Shown: positions 55,858 to 64,000 of the stretch, one piece after another | Numbering within the stretch: the stretch's first letter is position 1 | Layout: every line of letters starts with the position of its first letter | IMG/VR virus record: IMGVR_UViG_3300027732_002873 | Location: 1 to 64,000 of that record | Source: an uncultured virus (IMG/VR IMGVR_UViG_3300027732_002873) | Taxonomy: Duplodnaviria > Heunggongvirae > Uroviricota > Caudoviricetes | DNA: 64,000 nucleotides | Direction: 5' to 3' (one strand) | Notes under the pieces: generated by a model | Told to the model about the DNA's origin: nothing | The model's input: only the letters and a program-made list of their open reading frames with translations | The model's database searches: none | Made by a program: the position numbers and the translations under genes

Positions 55858-56252
55858 GCCGCAAGACTTTTGATCATTGTGTAGTGATTCCACGCCGACT
55901 GCACACTTTCATTATCTGACACAGGACTAGGTACAATGTCATACCAAGTGTCTTGCAAACTATGAGCATTACTATACATGCCCTTGACAACTGCTCTAGG
56001 CTGATGTAGCTTGCCGCTTTCAAACAAACGTTGAGCAACGGCACAGGCATCGGCCAAGCTGTAGGCGCTCATATCATAGGCAGCTCTTCTACCACTACCT
56101 TGATGTTCATAGTAGTATTGTTCGATGACATTCATTAATGTTTCTATAGTAGGGCAGTTTGTATTGCTGACAACGAACAATACATCTTCTTCATTGACTT
56201 CTCCGGCAAGTATACTTTTAACACACTTGCCCAGACTTGTTCCGATTTTCAT
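55854..56252 (-). CDS. hypothetical phage protein
   Basis: IGTSL.KCV..I..G.V and GKLHQPR motifs. Confidence 0.7.
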   Translation of the reverse strand: MKIGTSLGKCVKSILAGEVNEEDVLFVVSNTNCPTIETLMNVIEQYYYEHQGSGRRAAYDMSAYSLADACAVAQRLFESGKLHQPRAVVKGMYSNAHSLQDTWYDIVPSPVSDNESVQSAWNHYTMIKSLAA

Positions 56253-56473
56253 TCTTCAACTCTAAAATGTTGTTTCATCTGTTGAGCAGTCAAACAGTCA
56301 CGGTCATCCAATCCCGTTGCCGCACTAAACTGTCTATTAGCAATAGCAACACATTCCTTGACAATCAACTGGGCGAACTTTTCAAGTATTGGATTTCCTT
56401 GTTGATCTGTACCGGACATCCAAAGAGAGGATACACTAGCCTGTTCAGCAAGTTGTTTTAATCGTTGGTTCAT
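56249..56473 (-). CDS. small phage protein, MNERI-EKFAELIV family
   Basis: Paralogue of 56470..56694 and 63339..63572. Confidence 0.7.
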   Translation of the reverse strand: MNQRLKQLAEQASVSSLWMSGTDQQGNPILEKFAQLIVKECVAIANRQFSAATGLDDRDCLTAQQMKQHFRVEE

Positions 56474-56670
56474 TCTTCTACTCCAAAATGTTTTAACACA
56501 TCTGCCGAGACAACTCCATAATGAGATTCATTCTCCATAAATTGCTCATTTTGTATTCTTACCATTTCTGCACATTCCCGCACAATCAACTCGGCGAATT
56601 TTTCAAGTATTGGATTTCCTTGTTGATCTGTACCGGACATCCAAAGAGAGGATACACTAGCCTGTTCAGC
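56361..56670. repeat. about 89-bp direct repeat (56361-56449 and 56582-56670)
   Basis: About 70 bp identical (ttttcaagtattggatt...cctgttcagc) between tandem paralogues. Confidence 0.9.
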
Positions 56671-56694
56671 CAACTCTTTAATTCGTTCGTTCAT
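56470..56694 (-). CDS. small phage protein, MNERI-EKFAELIV family
   Basis: Tandem duplicate. Confidence 0.7.
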   Translation of the reverse strand: MNERIKELAEQASVSSLWMSGTDQQGNPILEKFAELIVRECAEMVRIQNEQFMENESHYGVVSADVLKHFGVEE

Positions 56695-56912
56695 CGTCGA
56701 TACTCCTTGCCTGTTTGTGGCAGTTGATTTTCTTTAATGCTAAACTCGTAGCCACCCAAGCTACCAGCATACGTGCCCATATTGTAAGTCAATTTAATAC
56801 GAACTGTATTAACTGCCACATCCATGAATGCATGTTCTTTAAAAGCTAATACATGACATTGTACTTTCTTTCCGTTGTCAATGCAAGTCAATGTTAGTTC
56901 TTTATCAATCAT
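56691..56912 (-). CDS. hypothetical protein
   Basis: Start MIDKEL overlapping the upstream stop. Confidence 0.6.
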   Translation of the reverse strand: MIDKELTLTCIDNGKKVQCHVLAFKEHAFMDVAVNTVRIKLTYNMGTYAGSLGGYEFSIKENQLPQTGKEYRR

Positions 56913-57492
56913 TTTCTTCCTCTTCTTCGGCTTCTTGTTCAGCCAGTTGTTCGCTGATACCAAAGGTGTCGTCAAGTTCTTCTGGTACTTGTTCTTTAAC
57001 TTGGGCACTAGTCAAACTGGATAGGTCGTAGTTTTCTTCGCTGCCATCAAAATATTGGCCACAAAAGTTTTCGCCGGATTCATAGTACATTGCTTCTACA
57101 TCGAATTCAAGTTCCACTAACTTGTCATAAAAATTAATGGGAGGACTCCATGCTGTATCGAAACTCAAAGTAACAGCATAACCAGCATTGACTTTTTTAA
57201 TTTCGTAGTCATCGCCGCCATTGCTGATATCCCACTTACAACCCCATTCACCTATGGCAAAATCATACCAACTTGCATAGCCATATGTCTTGACATTGCC
57301 TTCGCGCTGGGCAGTTAGTCTTGCGTGTTCTAACTTATCACCATATGATCCTTCTGTGGTGTCTGCCAATGCCTGTGGCACAGGAACAAATTCATTAAAT
57401 AAAGCATCTTTTTGAGCAGACTTGACTGCACGACTGATCATTGTGCGATCACTGTGCGTAAGTGTAACAACATTAGAACACCAATTAGGCAT
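56905..57492 (-). CDS. DUF1281/Api92-like protein
   Basis: MPNWC.N, WYD....WG.KWD, FDTAWSPP and YYE.G motifs; AGGAG SD. Confidence 0.75.
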   Translation of the reverse strand: MPNWCSNVVTLTHSDRTMISRAVKSAQKDALFNEFVPVPQALADTTEGSYGDKLEHARLTAQREGNVKTYGYASWYDFAIGEWGCKWDISNGGDDYEIKKVNAGYAVTLSFDTAWSPPINFYDKLVELEFDVEAMYYESGENFCGQYFDGSEENYDLSSLTSAQVKEQVPEELDDTFGISEQLAEQEAEEEEEND

Positions 57493-57606
57493 ACGCAATC
57501 TCCTTGACATAGTAACCGCTATAGGGATAGTTTTCGTGTAGCCATTCAAGTAGGCCTGGTTCCCAGGGATAGTTGATACTGCCTTCCCGATTTGTAATAA
57601 ATTTAA

Positions 57607-57804
57607 TCATGCCATTTTATCTACGTTTTGTCCATTGCGATTCATACGACAATTCATTTCCATGCGTTTTTGTTCTGCAATAGTTGCATTTTCTTTAGCT
57701 CTGCGCTCTTCAAGCACTCGCTCTGTGTGACGAATGTCTGCTTGTTTAGCCAAATTACGATTATATATCTCAATCGATTGTTGAGAAATTCTGCTTACTT
57801 CCAT
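57607..57804 (-). CDS. hypothetical protein
   Basis: Helical ORF ending GQNVDKMA. Confidence 0.55.
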   Translation of the reverse strand: MEVSRISQQSIEIYNRNLAKQADIRHTERVLEERRAKENATIAEQKRMEMNCRMNRNGQNVDKMA

Positions 57805-57805
57805 T

Positions 57806-58477
57806 TTAGATCCTTTTGACACGGGTTAACCAAGTTTCCTTGACACCAGTGTATTTGTCAACGTCATGACGCTTTACACTTCCTTTAACACGAATCTTTT
57901 CGTTGGCAGGGAAAATATCCTTGCCATGTGCTGTGGAGAACTTAAATATATTTACTCCATCTGTAGCAGTATTGATAAAAATATTATAGTTTTTGCTATA
58001 AAATGTATCAATAATTTCTACGTCAAGTTCGTGCTTGCTGGCTTCTGTGCCAACGAACATTGAAGTGGCCATGAATGTTTGTTTCTTTTCCTGCTTGACT
58101 TCACGCTCAAGGTCCTTACGATATGTCTGCACTAAACAGGACATGCAAGCGATTTCATATTTTCCCACTGACTCCATGGCAACAATATTAGCAATGGTGG
58201 CCATAAAGCCGTTGGCAATCGGACCTGACAAAGTTTTAAACAGTAGGCCTGAAAAATGCTTGGCAAGTTTTTCACCAAACTCTTTATCTTCATCTGTAAG
58301 GGCACCGGGATTTTCGCAGAGGCTCATGGCCAAGTCTTTGTTAAACTTGGCGCCTTCTGGAAAGGGGTGAGTATTTTGATTGATATATCGGCCTTCGTTG
58401 ATACGATCGGCGGCAGAGATAGCCGACCATGCAAGGCTAATGGGAAAAGATACTTTTTTACTAGTTGAGTATGCCAT
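57806..58477 (-). CDS. hypothetical protein with C-terminal OB-fold-like region
   Basis: KG.VK.H....GVKET.LTRVK; sigma70 promoter at 58506-58534. Confidence 0.7.
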   Translation of the reverse strand: MAYSTSKKVSFPISLAWSAISAADRINEGRYINQNTHPFPEGAKFNKDLAMSLCENPGALTDEDKEFGEKLAKHFSGLLFKTLSGPIANGFMATIANIVAMESVGKYEIACMSCLVQTYRKDLEREVKQEKKQTFMATSMFVGTEASKHELDVEIIDTFYSKNYNIFINTATDGVNIFKFSTAHGKDIFPANEKIRVKGSVKRHDVDKYTGVKETWLTRVKRI

Positions 58478-58534
58478 ACAACCCCCGTTTTGTTACAATA
58501 CAAGTATTATAGCATAACAGGGAGTTTATGTCAA

Positions 58535-58828
58535 TTAAATTGTTTCTTTAGCCGCAAAACTCTCTGTTATATTATTATTATAATTGTACAGCTTTCTTGT
58601 CGAAATTCCGTTTTGAATAGTATCATCACTGATAAAACTTGCATATGCCTCAAAATCTGGGTATATTATAGTATATGTTCTGACCAATCCATTTGCACTA
58701 TCTTGAAAAGATGACGTACGATTATGATTAGTTGACATGTATGCGAAGTGTGTCTCTGCTTGTGCGGTGCTATTGAACCACGGTGTGTTTGTGCTCTGAC
58801 GTGTATAAGATTTAGTTACTTTAACCAT
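58535..58828 (-). CDS. hypothetical protein
   Basis: 97-aa ORF, AAGGAG SD. Confidence 0.65.
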   Translation of the reverse strand: MVKVTKSYTRQSTNTPWFNSTAQAETHFAYMSTNHNRTSSFQDSANGLVRTYTIIYPDFEAYASFISDDTIQNGISTRKLYNYNNNITESFAAKETI

Positions 58829-58917
58829 ATCTACTTCTCCTTAGTTATTTGTTAATTATTTATCTTTTTCTATTAAATAGACAATTTTGTTGGCGAAGCA
58901 GGTATATAAATAATATG

Positions 58918-59415
58918 ATGAATAAACTGTTTATACAAGAAACTACATACGATTTCCTTAAGACTTTTGAAGATATATTGTTGCAAGACAATGTATTTTT
59001 AGATACTTCATTTTACACTAATGGTATAGAAAAAGAAGATGCCAATCATTGGTATTTTATAGCCAAGATTAACGATGAATTCGCAGGGTGTAGTGCCTTA
59101 GTTAAATATTTCAACATCAATGATCAAACATGGAAAATCTATCATAGATTATCATATACGGTTCCTAAATTTAGGAAAATGGGTGTTTGGAATGCGTTGA
59201 TGGAATTCAAAGTCAAATTGTGTCACGAAAACAAACTAAACAATAGTGATAAAACATCACATCATGTTTCATGTGATCTAAGTGATTGGAGATATAGAAA
59301 AACCGGTTGGCGCCTACACGGTGCCAAAGAACTTCAATTAAAAGATAAAAGAATTTTTCAAGCTACTTGGTTTTTAGATTGGATCGAACTTAAAAAATTA
59401 TATAACCTGGAATAG
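58918..59415 (+). CDS. GNAT family acetyltransferase
   Basis: YTVPKFRKMGV acetyl-CoA motif A; TATAAATA-5 nt-ATG. Confidence 0.75.
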   Translation: MNKLFIQETTYDFLKTFEDILLQDNVFLDTSFYTNGIEKEDANHWYFIAKINDEFAGCSALVKYFNINDQTWKIYHRLSYTVPKFRKMGVWNALMEFKVKLCHENKLNNSDKTSHHVSCDLSDWRYRKTGWRLHGAKELQLKDKRIFQATWFLDWIELKKLYNLE

Positions 59416-59416
59416 G

Positions 59417-59773
59417 TTATCTAGTCATGCAACTTTGATAGTGCTGGCGAGCATCCTCTATGCACATAGCACGGGTATCTCGGTATTGCATGTTCCAACA
59501 ATTACGTTCTCGGTCTGCGTATTGTTGGCATTGATAACTGCGATTTGGCACAATGACTTGTCGCTCCACATACACGGTTTGGCCACGCTGAGTTGGTTGT
59601 TGGCCACCAATTATTGTTCCTACACCAGCGCCAAGAATGGCACCGCCAGTGCCACCAAGCTGACGACCAATTACTCCGCCGACGACTGCACCAGTTAATT
59701 CATTACTTTGCTGATGTGTGGCACAACCCGAAAGGGCAATTAGTACTAAAGTACCATATACTATTTTACGCAT
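59417..59773 (-). CDS. glycine-zipper lipoprotein
   Basis: Lipobox LSGC; GAVVGGVIG...GAILGAGVG. Confidence 0.8.
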   Translation of the reverse strand: MRKIVYGTLVLIALSGCATHQQSNELTGAVVGGVIGRQLGGTGGAILGAGVGTIIGGQQPTQRGQTVYVERQVIVPNRSYQCQQYADRERNCWNMQYRDTRAMCIEDARQHYQSCMTR

Positions 59774-60125
59774 AATCAACTTCCTTTACATGTTTACAAG
59801 ATTTTCTAAATTGAAATCCACTGCAAGTGCAATGACTTTTACCAGAATTAACTGTTACTGTATAAGTATCGCCTTTACTGCCTTTGACAGTAAAAGTTTT
59901 AACCGTAGATTCTTTTTGTTCTATTGTTTGATTATTTATTGAAACAATAGTTGACCTATTTAATACTCTAAATGGGAATTCTGGATTGCCAGTGCTCAAC
60001 GCAATCTGTCCTGGATTTAGCCATTTGACCTGTACCTCATCACCTTCATATTCGAAGAATTCGGGTTGGTCAAACATCCAAATGCCAGGACGATTAAACT
60101 GCGGATTTTGTACTTTAACTTTCAT
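59766..60125 (-). CDS. SWIM zinc-finger protein
   Basis: CTC.GF.FR.SCKH; promoter at 60132-60160. Confidence 0.8.
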   Translation of the reverse strand: MKVKVQNPQFNRPGIWMFDQPEFFEYEGDEVQVKWLNPGQIALSTGNPEFPFRVLNRSTIVSINNQTIEQKESTVKTFTVKGSKGDTYTVTVNSGKSHCTCSGFQFRKSCKHVKEVDYA

Positions 60126-60160
60126 ATGTAAAGTATAACACCAAAATCAATTCATGTCAA

Positions 60161-60676
60161 TTAAAGTTTAGCACCCAGTTTGGTCAACTGCTCGCGTAGA
60201 ATTTCTTCCACAAATTCGTTGAATGTCAAATCACGCTCATGTGCCATTTTCATCAAAGTAAAGACCAAGTCGTCTTCCAAGTCCAAAGGAATAACAACAC
60301 GAGTATCATAGTCCTCACCTGCAACAATGGCCAAGGCCTTTTGAATCCAATCATCATCTGTTTCCAAATCAACATAGTTGACATCGTCCCATGCTTGGTT
60401 CAATGCCACGTTTCGGTCAGTGCTTTCAGTGTCACGTTCTGATTTGAAATCAGGATTGACTAAACGATAAGCACGTTGAGCCCTATAATCATGACTTTGA
60501 ACTTCGTAGACAACTTGTGTCTTTGTATCAAAGATGACTGTGAAGCTATTCCCGTCTTGTTCACCGCTCCAACTGTCTAGACTGTAAGAGTCTGCTCCAT
60601 AGCAATCCCAGCAAAAGTTGCTGCCTTCAGTAACACGATACTCGACCACTTCCATCCATTCTTTTAGCGTAATCAT
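60161..60676 (-). CDS. hypothetical protein, C-terminal ribbon-helix-helix-like
   Basis: AHERDLTFNEFVEEIL. Confidence 0.65.
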   Translation of the reverse strand: MITLKEWMEVVEYRVTEGSNFCWDCYGADSYSLDSWSGEQDGNSFTVIFDTKTQVVYEVQSHDYRAQRAYRLVNPDFKSERDTESTDRNVALNQAWDDVNYVDLETDDDWIQKALAIVAGEDYDTRVVIPLDLEDDLVFTLMKMAHERDLTFNEFVEEILREQLTKLGAKL

Positions 60677-60684
60677 ATTTGTCC

Positions 60685-61533
60685 TTAAATGTTAATAAAC
60701 TTAGTTTTGTCCCAACCACTGTCTGGCTCGTGTCCTTCATATCCTCTAGGATTGCAAAAAACACGAGTCTCACCTATAACATAATCAAAACAATAATGAG
60801 TATGTCCATGTGTCCATATTACAATCTGCGGATGATCTAATATAAACTCTTCTAATCTGCTATGATAAGCACCATTCATAATAGACTCGTCTTTATACAT
60901 CTCATGAGTGCTTAAATGACTGGGACTATGATGCCCAACTACCACGCACTTCTTGTCCTTATGTTCTGTGACAATCTGTTTAATATAACCCAAAGTCTGT
61001 GTATGGCGAACAACAGTGTCTTCGGGTTTTAAATTAGTAAAGCCTGCTTTATCTTTTTTAATAACTCTAAAGTCGTTCATCATATCACGCACAGCATGAA
61101 GTGTCAACGGATCGTGCTTGTTCATATCTGTCCAAAGAGTGCCGCCGACAAATACCACATCATCGATGACTTTCATATCTCGTTCTAGAAAATATACATT
61201 GTTGAACTTAGCACATTCTTCACGTAGATGATCCAAGCTGGCATCCCATCTTCCGTGATAGAATTCATGATTACCTGCCACATAAACTACATGCGGGAAT
61301 TGAAAACTGCAACGTTTTAGGAAATCACGGAATCGCTTGGCCACGGCTTGTCTACGACCCAAGTTATCCAAATTGACATTACTGTACATACCATAACTAG
61401 ACTCGGGATGGTCGTGCAGGTCCTCGGCTGTCATAATGTCGCCGCTGAGGATGAGAACATCACAGTTCTCATCATTGGGAATATTAACGTCACTGAACTC
61501 TAAGTGTAGATCAGAGACAACTTTGATTTTCAT
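60685..61533 (-). CDS. metallophosphoesterase
   Basis: SDLHLE, GD, GNHE, HH.P and HGHTH motifs. Confidence 0.92.
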   Translation of the reverse strand: MKIKVVSDLHLEFSDVNIPNDENCDVLILSGDIMTAEDLHDHPESSYGMYSNVNLDNLGRRQAVAKRFRDFLKRCSFQFPHVVYVAGNHEFYHGRWDASLDHLREECAKFNNVYFLERDMKVIDDVVFVGGTLWTDMNKHDPLTLHAVRDMMNDFRVIKKDKAGFTNLKPEDTVVRHTQTLGYIKQIVTEHKDKKCVVVGHHSPSHLSTHEMYKDESIMNGAYHSRLEEFILDHPQIVIWTHGHTHYCFDYVIGETRVFCNPRGYEGHEPDSGWDKTKFINI

Positions 61534-61754
61534 TTTGAAAGTTTATTTATTAGACGCTCATGCATCCATTCTTCTTCACCGGAAAACTTTGGTGACTTTT
61601 CAATTAGGTCCTCAAGAAGAAACTTAATTTCCATTAAGTCCTTCTTAATTTCAAATTGTGTGAAGCCGTCATTTCCAGGATAACAGCATTCACGACTCAT
61701 CATCTGGAGGTCACCTTTAATTTTGCTAACACTCCAAGACACGTTAAATCCCAT
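61530..61754 (-). CDS. hypothetical protein
   Basis: 74-aa ORF coupled to neighbours. Confidence 0.65.
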   Translation of the reverse strand: MGFNVSWSVSKIKGDLQMMSRECCYPGNDGFTQFEIKKDLMEIKFLLEDLIEKSPKFSGEEEWMHERLINKLSK

Positions 61755-61933
61755 TATGCAAAGCTGTATGGCTTGCGAACTTTAACTCGCTTGGATTTAC
61801 CCAAGTTAGTTTTAATCTCCGCACTACGGTCCTGTAGCCACGATTCCTTTTCTGCCTCGGCCTTTGCTGATTGGAAGTCTTCAAACACTTTGCGGAATTT
61901 GCCACAAGTTACTGTCCAAGTCATATTTGACAT
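61754..61933 (-). CDS. small hypothetical protein
   Basis: MSNMTWTVTCGKFRKV...; AGGA SD; promoter at 61967-61996. Confidence 0.55.
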   Translation of the reverse strand: MSNMTWTVTCGKFRKVFEDFQSAKAEAEKESWLQDRSAEIKTNLGKSKRVKVRKPYSFA

Positions 61934-62004
61934 TTTACTATCCTATTAAATTAAAAACACAGCCTAATTATAACACTAATTCAAGTGGGCTGTCAACACT
62001 TAAA

Positions 62005-62325
62005 TTATTTAAAATCAAACATTTTCATTTGAGTTTCATCAGCAACCACTGCTTTGCCTTTGAACCTAGCTTCACAACGTTGCTTGACTTCTTCAAAGTT
62101 ACTGCCTTGTGCAATAAATTCTCGGGTATCTTTTTCGTACAAATAAAACATATTATCATGTTTTTCAATGTCGACGCGAATAAAATTATTTTTAATTTGA
62201 TCAGCCATTCCTTTGATCTCTTCTTCTAAAATGATATTCTTAGCAGTAAGATACTTTTGCCATATTTTTATAACCAGCCAAAATACAACTACCCAAAAGA
62301 TTGTATCAGTGAAGAAGTCCATCAT
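62005..62325 (-). CDS. hypothetical membrane-anchored protein
   Basis: N-terminal TM; FIAQG motif. Confidence 0.65.
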   Translation of the reverse strand: MMDFFTDTIFWVVVFWLVIKIWQKYLTAKNIILEEEIKGMADQIKNNFIRVDIEKHDNMFYLYEKDTREFIAQGSNFEEVKQRCEARFKGKAVVADETQMKMFDFK

Positions 62326-62942
62326 GGTCGTTTGTAAATTACTTGGTCGGCCAAACCGCTTGCCACTGCTTCTTCTGCTGATAGGAAAGTATCAAACTTC
62401 ATTGTAGCAAACAGTTCGTCATATGTCTTGCCAGCGGTATTGTGACGCACATACAATTCTGTCAATCTTTTGTTGATTCGCACACTTTCCTCAAAGCTAC
62501 GTTTTTGATCTTCAAACTGTAGATCCTGTACGTGAATAGATCCACTGGTGCCACGTGTGCCCGAACTAACACGATGGATCATTGTACGACTTTCTGGTAG
62601 CACAAAACGCTTACATGGTGCACCTGCCTGCGCTAGAAATGAACCCATGCTTGCTGCCTGTCCCATGACATAAGTAGATACATCTGGTTTAATAAACTGC
62701 ATAGTATCGTAGATAGCCAAGCCAGCCGTTACACTGCCGCCGGGACTGTTGATAAACATTGTAATGTCTTTACCAGCATCTTCGCTTTCAAGGAACAATA
62801 GCTGACCCACGATAAGGTTAGCCATTTGATCTTCTACTTCGCCTTCCAACATGATGATTCGGTCTCGCATTAAGCGACTATACAAATCCATGGCACGTTC
62901 TGTATTACCCGTGCGCTCTAGAACCATTGGAACTAAACTCAT
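62322..62942 (-). CDS. clpP: ATP-dependent Clp protease proteolytic subunit
   Basis: [26 protein letters not shown] and MIH motifs; promoter at 62969-62997. Confidence 0.95.
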   Translation of the reverse strand: MSLVPMVLERTGNTERAMDLYSRLMRDRIIMLEGEVEDQMANLIVGQLLFLESEDAGKDITMFINSPGGSVTAGLAIYDTMQFIKPDVSTYVMGQAASMGSFLAQAGAPCKRFVLPESRTMIHRVSSGTRGTSGSIHVQDLQFEDQKRSFEESVRINKRLTELYVRHNTAGKTYDELFATMKFDTFLSAEEAVASGLADQVIYKRP

Positions 62943-63015
62943 AAACTTCCTTTTTGTTTTAAAAATTAATTATACACTAAAATCTTTTATATGTCAAATC
63001 ATTGATAAACTTCAT

Positions 63016-63336
63016 TTATGAAATACTAAATTCTTTTTCTAAATCTTCGTCACTATAAAAGAATCCCTGTCCTTGATCATATTTATTCTGTGACAATTCT
63101 TTGAATGCTTCTCCGTTGTAATAACGTTCTATGACCATGCGCCAAGATTCTTCTGGGCGATCAATTAGTTCGAAACCATCGACTCGACCATAACCATCAT
63201 AGGTGCCGCTGATACGATCGCCATTTTTAAACAGTACAATAACATCGCTGGCAAAACTCCAAGGAGTTCCTTGTACTGCAACTTCTGCCATCACTGGTTT
63301 TTCAGATTTGGCACACTTCCAACTAAAAAATCCCAT
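63016..63336 (-). CDS. hypothetical protein
   Basis: MGFFSW.C, YDGYG and DQGQG motifs. Confidence 0.65.
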   Translation of the reverse strand: MGFFSWKCAKSEKPVMAEVAVQGTPWSFASDVIVLFKNGDRISGTYDGYGRVDGFELIDRPEESWRMVIERYYNGEAFKELSQNKYDQGQGFFYSDEDLEKEFSIS

Positions 63337-63338
63337 TA

Positions 63339-63572
63339 TCAAATCTCCGGAAATTTATATACTTGCCATTCAGGTTCTTCGCCAAAATGAGCTTCGGTCA
63401 ACGCACGAGCCGCATCAGTGTAGCCATGATTGATTAATACTTGGATACAATCCTCGACAGTTAACTTGCCAAACTTTTCAATGGACTTGTGAGCGTAGTC
63501 ATCCATTTCATCCCAACAGCCAGTGGCAGTGAGTCCGGACTGATACATCAAGTCTTCGATTCTATTATTCAT
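63339..63572 (-). CDS. small phage protein, MNERI-family paralogue
   Basis: MNNRI...EKFGKLTVEDC. Confidence 0.65.
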   Translation of the reverse strand: MNNRIEDLMYQSGLTATGCWDEMDDYAHKSIEKFGKLTVEDCIQVLINHGYTDAARALTEAHFGEEPEWQVYKFPEI

Positions 63573-63745
63573 TTGAATTCGTAGGAGTCAAGAATTATAG
63601 CACCGCCAATGATCAACCATAACAATGCTAGGCCATAATTTCCTTGGACAGCGAAATTGATTCCGCTTAACACATTAACGCCGCCAATACTGTAACCAAT
63701 AGCTTTGCGATTATTACCAAACCAAACAATGAATTTATCTAACAT
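63569..63745 (-). CDS. small membrane protein
   Basis: MLDKFIVWFG...; two TM helices; AGGAG SD. Confidence 0.6.
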   Translation of the reverse strand: MLDKFIVWFGNNRKAIGYSIGGVNVLSGINFAVQGNYGLALLWLIIGGAIILDSYEFK

Positions 63746-63763
63746 TTTTATCTCCTAAAAGTA

Positions 63764-63973
63764 TTACTCTTTACCACGCCAATGTTTTTCACTGACGCAT
63801 ACTGTTAAAATTTTGTGACGATCAACACCTTCAATTGGGCTAGGGTATCGCCAAATACCAGTCTTGTCTTTAACACAACTATGCTCCACAGTACCTTTCA
63901 TTTGAACTGCTACCTTATCCACACTTTCACCTGTGGGCAATGAAAGGAAGATAATTAAAAACCAAGTAGACAT
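63764..63973 (-). CDS. hypothetical protein
   Basis: 69 aa, hydrophobic N-terminus, GGAGG SD. Confidence 0.6.
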   Translation of the reverse strand: MSTWFLIIFLSLPTGESVDKVAVQMKGTVEHSCVKDKTGIWRYPSPIEGVDRHKILTVCVSEKHWRGKE

Positions 63974-64000
63974 TAAACAACCTCCAACATACTTGCAGGC

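Overview
An AT-rich segment of a large T4-like/jumbo tailed phage genome, standard genetic code, mostly on the - strand. The host is probably a proteobacterium, judging from the rpoZ, fdxA, erpA, clpP and tilS homologues. It contains 27 CCA-encoding tRNA genes (every amino acid except Cys) interleaved with unannotated structured RNAs. It also has lysis genes (SleB-type hydrolase, T-holin-like protein, GH19 endolysin), a racemase/amino-acid transporter module and host-like auxiliary genes. A large set of tailoring enzymes is present: 20 HxD...H 2OG-Fe(II)/cupin oxygenase paralogues, 3 desaturases, 3 radical SAM proteins, 3 nitroreductase-like proteins, GNATs, an ACP, an SGNH hydrolase and a PLP enzyme. 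Many of these sit about 5 nt behind a TAAATA late-promoter motif. The top candidates for new biology are three. (1) A sigma70 promoter, a 41-codon leader peptide using 18 amino acids and a terminator/antiterminator switch upstream of a 13-tRNA array, suggesting a general tRNA-depletion-sensing attenuator. (2) A family of six hairpin RNAs with a conserved inner stem and variable loops, several abutting tRNA ends. (3) A preQ1-I-like pseudoknot/anti-SD element in front of queD. All assignments were made by eye from motifs. No database search or folding computation was run.
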